This document shows positions 42,757 to 51,874 of a stretch of 64,000 nucleotides of DNA, piece after piece. The notes under the pieces were generated by a model, which saw nothing but the letters and a program-made list of their open reading frames with translations, made no database searches and was not told the DNA's origin. The DNA lies in the NCBI GenBank assembly GCA_035765695.1, contig DASTXB010000017.1, positions 16,939-80,938 on the forward strand. Direction: 5' to 3'. The stretch comes from Nocardioides sp. (GTDB taxonomy: Bacteria > Actinomycetota > Actinomycetes > Propionibacteriales > Nocardioidaceae). The translations under genes and the position numbers were made by a program. Each line of letters opens with the position of its first letter. Positions within the stretch are counted from its first letter, which is position 1.

Positions 42757-44876
42757 GTGCGCCTCGCCGCCCGGACCCGGCGGTAGAGCCGGACGACGAT
42801 CGCGCCGAACAGCAGCGCGATGCCGGTGCCGACGATCAGCCAGATCACGTCGCTGACCCGGTTCGACCGGATCGGGACCTCGTCGAAGGAGCCCAGGGGC
42901 ACGTCGTCGACGTCGGTCAGCTGCAGCGTCACGTTCCGGATGCCGACGGCCGAGGACGAGGCGTTGAGCAGCACGGTGGTGCGGCTGTCCGCGCCGAGCT
43001 CGATGGTCTGGGCGGGCACCGCGACCTTGAGCGGCGGGTCGGCGACCGCGCGCACCCGCACGCTGACCGGCTCGTCGAGGGTGTTGGTGATGGTGGCCGC
43101 GAACTTGCCGCTGCCGCTGGACAGGATGACCGCCTTGGGAGCGTCGATGCTGACCGAGCGCAGCCGCGTCTCGATCCAGGTGCGGGACTGCTCCGCGGAG
43201 GCGCGGACCCCGTCGGCACGCAGCCGGCTCGAGTACGACAGGTCGGTCCAGGCCTCGTCGTGGACCTCGCTGGCGACCTGGTCGTTCTGGGTCAGCAGGT
43301 TCTGCAGGGTCTCGCCGGCCTGGACGAGGTCGTCGGCCGCGGCGAACGAGGGCGCGTCGAGCTGGAGCTTGAGCTGGTTCTCCGGGTAGTCGAGCCGGTC
43401 GGCGGGGACGGCGGTGCCCTGGCGCTGCAGGGCGCTGTCGACCGTCGTCAGGTTCAGCCAGGGCAGGTCGAGCCCCTCCCAGAAGTCGGGCGTCGACTCC
43501 GGGGTCCAGGTCGGCGGGAACACCGCGATCAGGGGCTTGCGGCCGGGCGTCAGCAGCCGGACCGCGGCCTCGCTGACGATCCGCTGCCGCATCGCGAGCG
43601 GCGCCATCCGCGCGTCGGGTCCCGGCCCGCCGCTGACGGCGCCGGAGGAGGTGACGCCGGCGGTGTGGCCGGCCACGCGCGCGACGGCCGGGGCGCGCTC
43701 GCCGAACATCCTGTCGGTGAGCAGCAGGGTGGCGCGGTTCTCGACCATCCGGATGCCGTCGGCGTCGAGGAACCCGGTCGGGGACGACACCGCGGGCGTG
43801 GTGGGCAGACCCCACGGTGCGAGGTCGCCGGCCGACCGACGGCGCGCCTGCCGGTAGACGCGCCGGTCGTGCGCGGCCGACGCCGCCACGTCGACGTCGC
43901 CGTACGGGAGCGTGAGGATCTCGCTGCCCTCCAGCCCCTCGTGCAGCCGCTCGAGCCAGCTCGTCGCCGCGTCGGCCGCCGCCTGCTGGTTCGGCGTGAG
44001 GTCGGCACCGTCGTCGGTGCCGTCCGGCGTGGGCGTGGGCGAGGGCGAGGCACTCCCGGTGGCGCCGTCCTGCTCCGCCTCGTCCGGCGCCTGGGTCGGC
44101 GCGAGCGAGCGCGGCGGGTTGCCGGCCTCGAGCCGCCGGGCGGCGTCGACGACCGACGGGTCGACCAGCCAGCTGACCGGCCGCGACCCGGCGGCGACGC
44201 CGAGGTCGACCAGCGAGCGCAGCGTGCCGCCCGGGGAGAGGTCGTCGGCCCACCGGTCCAGGTCGCCGAGCGAGCCGTCGGGGGCGTGGGTCACCAGCCG
44301 CCGGACCGGGATGACGAGCGCCGTGTCGACGGTCCTGGTCGTCTTCGGGACCAGGGGCAGGAAGGTGCGGGCCCGGCCGTCGGCGAAGCTGTCGCCCCCC
44401 GCGGAGGTGAAGCCGAGCGCGTGGGTGCCGAACCAGTAGACGCCCGGGTCACCGGTGATCCGGCTGACCAGCTCCGAGCGCGGCACGGTGAGGGAGTACT
44501 GCCGGCTCTGCCCGGGCGCCAGGTCGCCGATCGAGTCGTAGGTGCCCTCGGTGAGGATCCGGTCGCCGACCGGCTCGTCGGGCCCGGTCGCCGCGGCGTC
44601 GGCGAGCTCGGCGGCCGTCGTCATCGGCGCCTGGGAGAGGAACGCGTAGACGTTGACGTCGGTCCACGTCTCGTCGTCGCGGTTGGTGACCGACCCGGTG
44701 ACCCGCACCGGTCCCGAGCGGGGGATGACCGAGGGCGTGAGGCTGTCCATGGTGACCGCCAGCGGCGTCCGGGCCGGGCCCTGCTCCGGCGCCGCCTGCG
44801 CCGGAGTGGCCGGGAGGCCGAGGAGGGTCGCGACCACCACCACGAGGGCAGGCAGCAGCGACACCGGGCGAAGCAC
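42753..44876 (-). CDS. DUF6049-type secreted/membrane-anchored protein
   Basis: Signal peptide ending PAQA, RTFLP, SWLVDP, LPYGDVD, C-terminal TM; conserved position upstream of murJ. Confidence 0.8.
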   Translation of the reverse strand: MLRPVSLLPALVVVVATLLGLPATPAQAAPEQGPARTPLAVTMDSLTPSVIPRSGPVRVTGSVTNRDDETWTDVNVYAFLSQAPMTTAAELADAAATGPDEPVGDRILTEGTYDSIGDLAPGQSRQYSLTVPRSELVSRITGDPGVYWFGTHALGFTSAGGDSFADGRARTFLPLVPKTTRTVDTALVIPVRRLVTHAPDGSLGDLDRWADDLSPGGTLRSLVDLGVAAGSRPVSWLVDPSVVDAARRLEAGNPPRSLAPTQAPDEAEQDGATGSASPSPTPTPDGTDDGADLTPNQQAAADAATSWLERLHEGLEGSEILTLPYGDVDVAASAAHDRRVYRQARRRSAGDLAPWGLPTTPAVSSPTGFLDADGIRMVENRATLLLTDRMFGERAPAVARVAGHTAGVTSSGAVSGGPGPDARMAPLAMRQRIVSEAAVRLLTPGRKPLIAVFPPTWTPESTPDFWEGLDLPWLNLTTVDSALQRQGTAVPADRLDYPENQLKLQLDAPSFAAADDLVQAGETLQNLLTQNDQVASEVHDEAWTDLSYSSRLRADGVRASAEQSRTWIETRLRSVSIDAPKAVILSSGSGKFAATITNTLDEPVSVRVRAVADPPLKVAVPAQTIELGADSRTTVLLNASSSAVGIRNVTLQLTDVDDVPLGSFDEVPIRSNRVSDVIWLIVGTGIALLFGAIVVRLYRRVRAARRT

Positions 44877-44946
44877 GCCCGCGACTCTACTGGTGGAACC
44901 TGTGCCGAATCGGCGGCCCTCGCCGTCGCCACTAGACTGCTGGCCC

Positions 44947-46401
44947 GTGCCCGACGCTCCGCCTCCCCCTCCCCAGATGGCCGACGTCCAGCGCTCGGTC
45001 GCCCGGGAGCTGGACCGGATCGCACCGGTCATCGACGACCTCGGCCGCCGCTTCGCCGACGCCGGCCACGAGCTGGCGCTGGTCGGCGGCCCGGTGCGGG
45101 ACGCGATGCTCGGCCGGCAGCACAACGACCTCGACTTCACGACGTCCGCGCGCCCGGACCAGACCGAGCGGCTGCTCAAGGGCTGGGCGGACGCGATCTG
45201 GGACATGGGCCGGGCGTTCGGCACCATCGGCTGCCGCCGCGGGCCGTGGCAGGTCGAGATCACGACGTACCGCTCCGAGGCGTACGACCCCTCCTCGCGC
45301 AAGCCGGACGTCGACTTCGGCGACAGCCTCGCCGGCGACCTCGGCCGCCGCGACTTCACGGTCAACGCGATGGCGGTGACGGTCCCGGGCCGGCGGCTCG
45401 AGGACCCGTACGGCGGCATCGTGGACCTCGCCCACCAGCTGCTCCGGACGCCGGGCCGTCCGGAGGACTCCTTCTCCGACGACCCGCTGCGGATGATGCG
45501 GGCCGCGCGGTTCGCGGCCCAGCTCGGCTTCACGGTCGCGCCCGAGGTCGTCGACGCGATGCGTGCGATGGCCGGCCGGATCGAGATCATCTCCGCCGAG
45601 CGGGTGCGCGACGAGCTGGTCAAGCTGGTGACCGCGCCGTACCCCCGGCTCGGGCTGACGCTCCTCGTCGAGACCGGGCTCGCGGACCTGGTGCTGCCCG
45701 AGCTGCCCGCGCTGAAGCTCGAGCGCGACGAGCACCACCGGCACAAGGACGTCTACGAGCACACCCTCACCGTGCTCGAGCAGGCGATCGACCTCGAGCC
45801 GCGGCTGCCGGGCGGGGGGCCGGACTTCGTCGCGCGGTTCGCCGCGCTGATGCACGACGTCGGCAAGCCGCGGACCCGGCGGTTCGTCGACGACGGCACG
45901 GTGACCTTCCACCACCACGACGTGGTCGGCGCCAAGATGACCCGCAAGCGGATGAAGGCGCTGCGGTTCTCCAACGACGAGATCGACGCGGTCGGCAAGC
46001 TGGTCGAGCTGCACCTGCGCTTCCACGGGTACGGCACCGGAGAGTGGACCGACTCCGCGGTGCGCCGCTACGTCCGCGACGCCGGCGACCAGCTCGAGCG
46101 GTTGCACGTGCTCACGCGTGCCGACTCGACCACCCGCAACAAGCGCAAGGCCGACCGGCTCCAGCGCACGTACGACGACCTCGAGGCCCGGATCGCCCAC
46201 CTGCGCGAACAGGAGGAGCTCGACTCGATCCGCCCCGACCTCGACGGCAACCAGATCATGGAGATCCTCGGCATCGGCCCCGGGCGCGACGTCGGCGCGG
46301 CGTACCAGTTCCTCCTCGAGCTGCGCATGGACCGCGGCCCGCTGTCCGAGGCCGACGCCGCCGCCGCGCTGCGTGAGTGGTGGGCCGGTCGCGTGTCGTA
46401 G
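44947..46401 (+). CDS. cca: CCA tRNA nucleotidyltransferase with HD domain
   Basis: LVGGPVRD, DLDFTT, RRDFTVNAM, DDPLRMMRAARF, MHDVGKP. Confidence 0.95.
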   Translation: MPDAPPPPPQMADVQRSVARELDRIAPVIDDLGRRFADAGHELALVGGPVRDAMLGRQHNDLDFTTSARPDQTERLLKGWADAIWDMGRAFGTIGCRRGPWQVEITTYRSEAYDPSSRKPDVDFGDSLAGDLGRRDFTVNAMAVTVPGRRLEDPYGGIVDLAHQLLRTPGRPEDSFSDDPLRMMRAARFAAQLGFTVAPEVVDAMRAMAGRIEIISAERVRDELVKLVTAPYPRLGLTLLVETGLADLVLPELPALKLERDEHHRHKDVYEHTLTVLEQAIDLEPRLPGGGPDFVARFAALMHDVGKPRTRRFVDDGTVTFHHHDVVGAKMTRKRMKALRFSNDEIDAVGKLVELHLRFHGYGTGEWTDSAVRRYVRDAGDQLERLHVLTRADSTTRNKRKADRLQRTYDDLEARIAHLREQEELDSIRPDLDGNQIMEILGIGPGRDVGAAYQFLLELRMDRGPLSEADAAAALREWWAGRVS

Positions 46402-46406
46402 CCGTT

Positions 46407-46464
46407 CAATTGTGCGGCCCGGCCCCGGTTACCGACTGGTAACCGGGGTCTGAGCGTTCAATTG
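46407..46464. repeat. 58-bp REP-like palindrome, copy 1
   Basis: CAATTGTGCGGCCCGGCCCCGGTTAC-CGACTG-GTAACCGGGGTCTGAGCGTTCAATTG (26+6+26). Confidence 0.85.
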
Positions 46465-46567
46465 CGCGGACGTCTCGCCGGACCCGGTCCGCTGGGCGAA
46501 GGCGCGCTGCTCCGCGGCCTGTGGAGGACGACGGCACGGCGCACGCGAGCGTGCCAGCCTCGGGCCC

Positions 46568-47491
46568 ATGTTCGACGAGAGGAAGCCGTTCACCCGCGAC
46601 CAGGCCATCGCTGCGGGGATCTCCCGGCGCGCCCTGGACAGCACGCGGTACTGCCGGCTGTTCCGCAACGTCCACATCTCGTCCGCGGTCAGGCTCGAGC
46701 GCGAGCACCGGTTCGCGGGGGCACTGCTCGTCCATCCCGACGGAGCGTTCCTGAGCCACACGAGCTCTGCGAACGCGCGTCGCATCGCCGTGCCCGACGA
46801 CCCCCACGTGCACATCAGCGTGACCGACGCCAAGGACCGGCGCTGGTCGCCAGGGATCAAGCCGCATGTTGCCCCGCCGCACACGAAGGTCGTCGTGGTC
46901 GACGGCTTCCCGGCCTCCGACCTCGTGCGGATGTTCATCGAGCTCGCTGCCATCCTGCCGCTCGTCGACGTGGTCGTCGCGGGCGACGACATCTGCCGCA
47001 AGTACGGCATCCGAGCGGACCGATTCCGGGCCGAGCTCGCGAAGTCGAAGGACTATTGGTCGCCGGCTGCCCGGTACGCCGCGCGCTTCGTCCGGGACGG
47101 GGTCGACTCCCCGATGGAGACCCGGGTGCGCATGTTGCTCGTCCTCGCCGGCTTCCCCGAGCCGGAGGTGAACCTCGAGATCAGGGACGAGAACGGCGAC
47201 GTCCTCGTCCAGTTCGATCTCGGCTACCGCGAGGCCCGGGTGGCCATCGGGTACGACGGGCGCCAGCACGTGGAGATCGTGGGCGCCTGGGAGCACGACA
47301 TCGAGCGTCGGGACCGGGCCGACGACGCTGAGTGGCGCGAGGTGACCGTGGTCGCCCGGGGCGTCTACGTCGATCCGCAGAGCACACTCGATCGGGTCGC
47401 ACGTGCGCTCCGCTCTCGAGGCGTGGCGGTGCCGCGTACCTACGATCCTGAGTGGGTCCGGCACTTCCCGGGTCGGCTCGGGGCCGCCTGA
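46568..47491 (+). CDS. AbiEi-like N-terminal domain plus DUF559/Vsr-like endonuclease-fold protein
   Basis: PFTRDQAIAAGIS...RLFRNVH, LSHTSSA, DSPMETRVRMLL...PEPEVN...DLGY...YDGRQH...DIER. Confidence 0.85.
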   Translation: MFDERKPFTRDQAIAAGISRRALDSTRYCRLFRNVHISSAVRLEREHRFAGALLVHPDGAFLSHTSSANARRIAVPDDPHVHISVTDAKDRRWSPGIKPHVAPPHTKVVVVDGFPASDLVRMFIELAAILPLVDVVVAGDDICRKYGIRADRFRAELAKSKDYWSPAARYAARFVRDGVDSPMETRVRMLLVLAGFPEPEVNLEIRDENGDVLVQFDLGYREARVAIGYDGRQHVEIVGAWEHDIERRDRADDAEWREVTVVARGVYVDPQSTLDRVARALRSRGVAVPRTYDPEWVRHFPGRLGAA

Positions 47492-47546
47492 TCGCGGCGG
47501 CCGGGTCCGGACGACCGGTGCGGTCCGCGCTCGCCCGTCCTCTCAG

Positions 47547-47604
47547 CAATTGAACGGTCCGGCCCCAGTTACCGACAAGTAACCGGGGCCGGACCGTTCA
47601 ATGG
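47547..47604. repeat. 58-bp REP-like palindrome, copy 2
   Basis: CAATTGAACGGTCCGGCCCCAGTTAC-CGACAA-GTAACCGGGGCCGGACCGTTCAATGG (26+6+26). Confidence 0.85.
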
Positions 47605-47641
47605 CACAGAACCCGACCAGCCCGCGCCCGGCCCGGCAGGC

Positions 47642-47669
47642 CAGACGGTCAGACGGTCAGACGGTCAGA
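47642..47669 (+). repeat. 8-bp tandem repeat (CAGACGGT x3.5)
   Basis: Read directly; overlaps the stop codon of the protease gene. Confidence 0.8.
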
Positions 47670-50600
47670 AGCGGAAGGACTTCAGGTAGGCGCGACCCCT
47701 CACGACGACGAGCTTGACCCGGTGCGGGCCGGGGCCGAGGCCGTGGAGCACGCGGTGGACGAACGCCGGTCGGGCGTGGGAGCCCTTGAAGCGGAGCGTC
47801 GCCACCCGGTGGCCGTCGACCAGGATCCGAGCGGTGCCGCCGCGGGTGGCCTTGCCGAAGAACACGTCGAGCTTCGGACCGGAGCTGGTGAGCCTCAGGG
47901 TGTCGCGGCCCCTGCCCTTGCCGAGGTTGTCGCAGTAGCGACCACCGGGCGCGTGCTTGGCGCGCACGTTGCGCCAGCTGCCGGTGCGCTGGACCTGCTT
48001 CGATCCGCACTGGACGGTCGTGACCGACGCCGGAGGCGGAGGCGGCGGGGTGCCGTCGGTGACGGTGACCCGCACGGTGTCGGTGTCGGTCGCGCCGGAG
48101 GGGTCGGTGACCAGCAGCCTCACGGTGTAGGTGCCCGCCTCGTCGAAGGCGTGCCTCACGACCGCGCCGGAGTCGTCCTTGGTCGAGCCGCCGTCGCCGA
48201 AGTCCCAGGTGTAGTCGAGGTCGTCCGGCGTCTCCGCGTCGGTGCTGGCCGTGCCGCGGAGCGTGACCCTCTCGCCGACGCCCGCCGTCGCCGGCGAGGC
48301 CTGGGCCTTCGCCGTCGGCGCGGTGTTCGCCGGTGCCTCGACCGGTTCGTAGCCGTAGTCGAACGTCCCGCAGCCCGGGCCGGTCGTGAACCGCACCGAG
48401 CCGGTGAGGTCGCCGTCCGACGTCGTCGGGCCGTTGGCGTTGCCGGTCATCGACAGCACCTTGAAGCCGAGGCAGTCGTAGCCGAACTCCCAGTTCCCGG
48501 ACGCCGACGACGGGTCGGTGTAGTTGTCGACGTGCGGCGCCGACTTCGCGTCGGAGTACGTCGACCGCGCGGCCGCCGCCGTGAACGCCGCGTCGTTCAG
48601 GTCTGGGGTGTCGTTGCCGGGCTCGGGCGTCGAGTCCAGTGGCGACTGCGCCGGCGGGTCGTCGGTGCCGGCGTTGCCGTACCCGTGCGCCTCGTCGGTG
48701 TAGGAGAGGTACAGCCCGGGCTCGAACCCGATCGGGTCGCGGTCGATCTGGCCGTGGCCGTCGAGGTCGAAGCCGGACCGGTCGCGCATCTCCAGGTAGT
48801 AGGCGTGGTCGAAGTCGGCCTCCTCCCCGGCGGCGACGTACTGCCAGCCCTTCGTGCAGTTCCCGCCCGGGTTGTCGGCCTGGCAGCCGCCGTTGAAGAT
48901 CCGCGGGTCGCCCGGCCCGCCGTCCTTCTCCAGGTCGGTCTGCAGCAGCACCTGCTCGCCGCTCGGCGTGGTGGCCGTGACCACCAGGTCGTCGATGAAC
49001 CAGCCCGGCCGCGCCAGGCCCGGGTCCGTCGCGTAGCTGAACCGCAGCACCGGCGTGGCCGCGCCGGCGAGGTCGGAGATGTCGAAGGTGTCGGCGAGGA
49101 ACTCCGACGCCGGGTAGTTGCCGGTCGTCCGGTCCAGCTGCACCGTCAGCGGGTCGGTGTAGGAGCCGCTCGAGCCCGTGATGCCGTTGCCGTACGCCGC
49201 CTGGCACGCGTTCTGGTTGGGGTTCGACGTGCCCGGCGTCGTGGTCGGGGTGTCCCGCTGCGAGGCGTGGGACGTGAAGGTCGAGCCCCCGTCCGTCGAG
49301 GTCAGGACGAAGCCGTAGTCGAAGTCCCACTCGGTGTCGAACATCGACTTCATCTGCAGGGTCACCGTCGACCCGGCCGGCAGGTCCTGGATGCCCGGGA
49401 TGGCGACGTCGAGGTTGTGCGCGCCGCCGTCGGTGGCGCACCCGAAGTCGTTGCCCGAGCCGGAGTACCACGCGTGCGACGTGCTGGCCTTGTCACCGGT
49501 GTCGAACTTCGCCGGGTCGAGCAGCTGGCGCCCGGGCAGCTTGGCGACGTACATCTGCGAGTTGTGCACGGTGCCGTCCCGCCCGTCCACCAGCGTGTAC
49601 GGCGTGCCGTCGGGCGACTGCCAGTGGATGGTGCCGGTGTCCTCCTTGGAGTCGGCCCAGTCGGTGACCGTGGTCGTGCCCGCGCCGAGCACCTGCGGGA
49701 CGACCCAGCCGAGCTCCTGGCGGGAGAAGGCGTCCATGTCCTGCGACTTGTCGGTGGCCATCAGGTTCCAGTCGCCGTACGTCTCGCGGCCGCCGAGGGA
49801 GTAGAAGTCCGGCAGGCCGAGCGAGTGGCCGTACTCGTGGGAGATCACGCTGGCCTTGTCGATCGCGGTCTCGGGGTTGAGGTTGTAGGGCCCGACCCGG
49901 ACGAACACCTTGAGCGCGTCGCCCTGGTCGGTGGTGGTCATGTCCTTGTACGTCTTGTCGGTCCACCACAGCGGCCGGCCCTCGAGGTCCTTGAGCTGGT
50001 CGTCGGTGGTGAAGCCCGGCAGCCCGGTGGTCGGGTCGGAGTAGTAGTACTCGAGCGACGAGCTGTGCGGCCAGATGTTGTCGTACGGCAGCGCGTCCTG
50101 CGGGTCGCTCGTGCAGGCCCCGAGCTGGGACGCCCCGTTGCCGCCGCACCCGGCGAAGACCGCCATGAAGAAGTCGACGACGCCGTCCTTGTCGGTGTCG
50201 TAGTCGGAGTAGTCGATCTCCGGGTCCGCGAGCGCCGCGGCGTCCGCGACGATCTTGCCGGTCGGGCCGCAGCCGCTGTCGATCTGCATCAGCGCGGCCA
50301 CGCCGGTCAGCGACCCGATCACGGCCGAGCCGGCCCCGTCCGAGCCGTAGTAGCCGGTCGTGCCCGGCAGGTTGTACACGCCGTTGGTGATCCGCTCGGG
50401 GTACGCCGGCGTGCCCTCGAGCGGGACCGGCGAGTCGGCGGCCGTGGCGCCGGCGACGCAGGTCGACACCGTGGTCGGGTCGGTCTTCGTGAACGGGAAG
50501 CCGGGGGCATAGTCGAAGTCCGCGGTCGCGATGCCGGCCGACGGCACGTCGCCGTTCGGGAACAGCTGGCCCAGCGACATCTCCTGGTAGAGGTTGTACG

Positions 50601-51630
50601 TCGAGCCGGCCCTGGCGGGCGAGTTGATGACCTCCTCGAGCTGCTCACCGGTGTGGTCGGCGAGGTAGGAGCGGTCGGTGTACTCGACCGGGATCACCGG
50701 GAACGGCCGGTCGCCGTACCGGGCGGTGTCGTAGGCGCCGTCCGGCGGGATCACCTTCGGGCCGTGTGCGGCGACGGACTGCGTGGTGCCGGGCCCGGTG
50801 AGCTCCGCCGTGGTGGACAGGTCGCGCCATACGACGGTCGGCTCCTGCTCGACGGTGTCCGCGCGGCTCTGCAGCACCAGCGTCATCCGGCCCGGGACGG
50901 TGCCGGTCGCGGCCGGCACCGGCGGCAGCGTCCACGTGATCTCGTGGGCGGCCACCGGGTGGGTGCCGGGCCCGCTCGCGTCGACCAGCGTGCTGCCGCG
51001 CGGGGCGGTGATGGTGACGACCGCACCGGCGACCGGCGCCGCGGTCGGGTTCGTGACGATGATCCGCGAGGGGTAGGTCTCACCCGGCTTCACCCAGCCG
51101 ACCGAGGACACGAAGCTGTTCTGGATCGCGAGGCCGTCGGCCGCCGCCTGCAGCGTGACCGCGCCGGCCCCGGCGTCGTCGACCTGCGTGCCGTCGTACG
51201 AGACGTCCGTCGCGCGGACGGCGAGGTGGACCGCCTCGTCGGTGCGCGGCAGCCGGCGGGTGATCGTGCCCGGGACCGTCGTCGCGAACGTGCCGTCGCC
51301 GGCAGCGGTCACGTCCTGGGTGCCGAGCACCCGGCCGGTCGCGTCGGTGACCGCGAGCGTGAGGTCGGCCGGGACGCCGCGGCCGGCCGCGGTGCTGACC
51401 GTGCCGGACACGGGGAACCGTGCCCCGCGGACGACGGTCGCCTCCTGACGGTCGAAGTCGACCGCCAGCGGCGGCGCCTTCGGCAGGCCGGGCGCGGCGC
51501 TCGCGACGGACGAGCCGGTGACGGTGGGAGCGGCGGTCGCCGGCACCGTCAGGGTCGCGAGGCCGGTGGCGAGGCCGGCGGCCAGGGCGGTGGTGACCGC
51601 GGCGGCGCGCCGGAGGGAGTGCTTGCTCAT
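47665..51630 (-). CDS. Secreted M6 family (immune inhibitor A-like) zinc metalloprotease with PKD domain
   Basis: Signal peptide, NIWPHSS, HEYGHSLGLPD, WNLMA, YYLEMR, PKD YTWDFGDG. Confidence 0.88.
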   Translation of the reverse strand: MSKHSLRRAAAVTTALAAGLATGLATLTVPATAAPTVTGSSVASAAPGLPKAPPLAVDFDRQEATVVRGARFPVSGTVSTAAGRGVPADLTLAVTDATGRVLGTQDVTAAGDGTFATTVPGTITRRLPRTDEAVHLAVRATDVSYDGTQVDDAGAGAVTLQAAADGLAIQNSFVSSVGWVKPGETYPSRIIVTNPTAAPVAGAVVTITAPRGSTLVDASGPGTHPVAAHEITWTLPPVPAATGTVPGRMTLVLQSRADTVEQEPTVVWRDLSTTAELTGPGTTQSVAAHGPKVIPPDGAYDTARYGDRPFPVIPVEYTDRSYLADHTGEQLEEVINSPARAGSTYNLYQEMSLGQLFPNGDVPSAGIATADFDYAPGFPFTKTDPTTVSTCVAGATAADSPVPLEGTPAYPERITNGVYNLPGTTGYYGSDGAGSAVIGSLTGVAALMQIDSGCGPTGKIVADAAALADPEIDYSDYDTDKDGVVDFFMAVFAGCGGNGASQLGACTSDPQDALPYDNIWPHSSSLEYYYSDPTTGLPGFTTDDQLKDLEGRPLWWTDKTYKDMTTTDQGDALKVFVRVGPYNLNPETAIDKASVISHEYGHSLGLPDFYSLGGRETYGDWNLMATDKSQDMDAFSRQELGWVVPQVLGAGTTTVTDWADSKEDTGTIHWQSPDGTPYTLVDGRDGTVHNSQMYVAKLPGRQLLDPAKFDTGDKASTSHAWYSGSGNDFGCATDGGAHNLDVAIPGIQDLPAGSTVTLQMKSMFDTEWDFDYGFVLTSTDGGSTFTSHASQRDTPTTTPGTSNPNQNACQAAYGNGITGSSGSYTDPLTVQLDRTTGNYPASEFLADTFDISDLAGAATPVLRFSYATDPGLARPGWFIDDLVVTATTPSGEQVLLQTDLEKDGGPGDPRIFNGGCQADNPGGNCTKGWQYVAAGEEADFDHAYYLEMRDRSGFDLDGHGQIDRDPIGFEPGLYLSYTDEAHGYGNAGTDDPPAQSPLDSTPEPGNDTPDLNDAAFTAAAARSTYSDAKSAPHVDNYTDPSSASGNWEFGYDCLGFKVLSMTGNANGPTTSDGDLTGSVRFTTGPGCGTFDYGYEPVEAPANTAPTAKAQASPATAGVGERVTLRGTASTDAETPDDLDYTWDFGDGGSTKDDSGAVVRHAFDEAGTYTVRLLVTDPSGATDTDTVRVTVTDGTPPPPPPASVTTVQCGSKQVQRTGSWRNVRAKHAPGGRYCDNLGKGRGRDTLRLTSSGPKLDVFFGKATRGGTARILVDGHRVATLRFKGSHARPAFVHRVLHGLGPGPHRVKLVVVRGRAYLKSFRF

Positions 51631-51874
51631 GGGCGGGACGCAATCTCGGGAAGGGTCGCGGAGGGCGACGCGGTGCCACCCCCAACGACCGCTCGGGCAG
51701 GCGGTTACGAGGCGGCGTACCCCGGGTCATCACCGGACAGACCAGGTCCGCTGACCGGTCTGGACCTCGGCGCTCGACCGGCTCGACGTCCACCACGACG
51801 ACGTTTCTCCCCCGGCCGCCGTCGTCACCCACCTACGATCCAAGGGTCGTCAGGGTGCAAGCAGGGGGAATCGG

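Noticed and set aside
46407-47604. Palindromes as plain terminators or IS terminal repeats
   Set aside because: They may also terminate transcription, but both copies share sequence, length and loop, each is self-palindromic, and the enclosed gene is not a DDE or HUH transposase.
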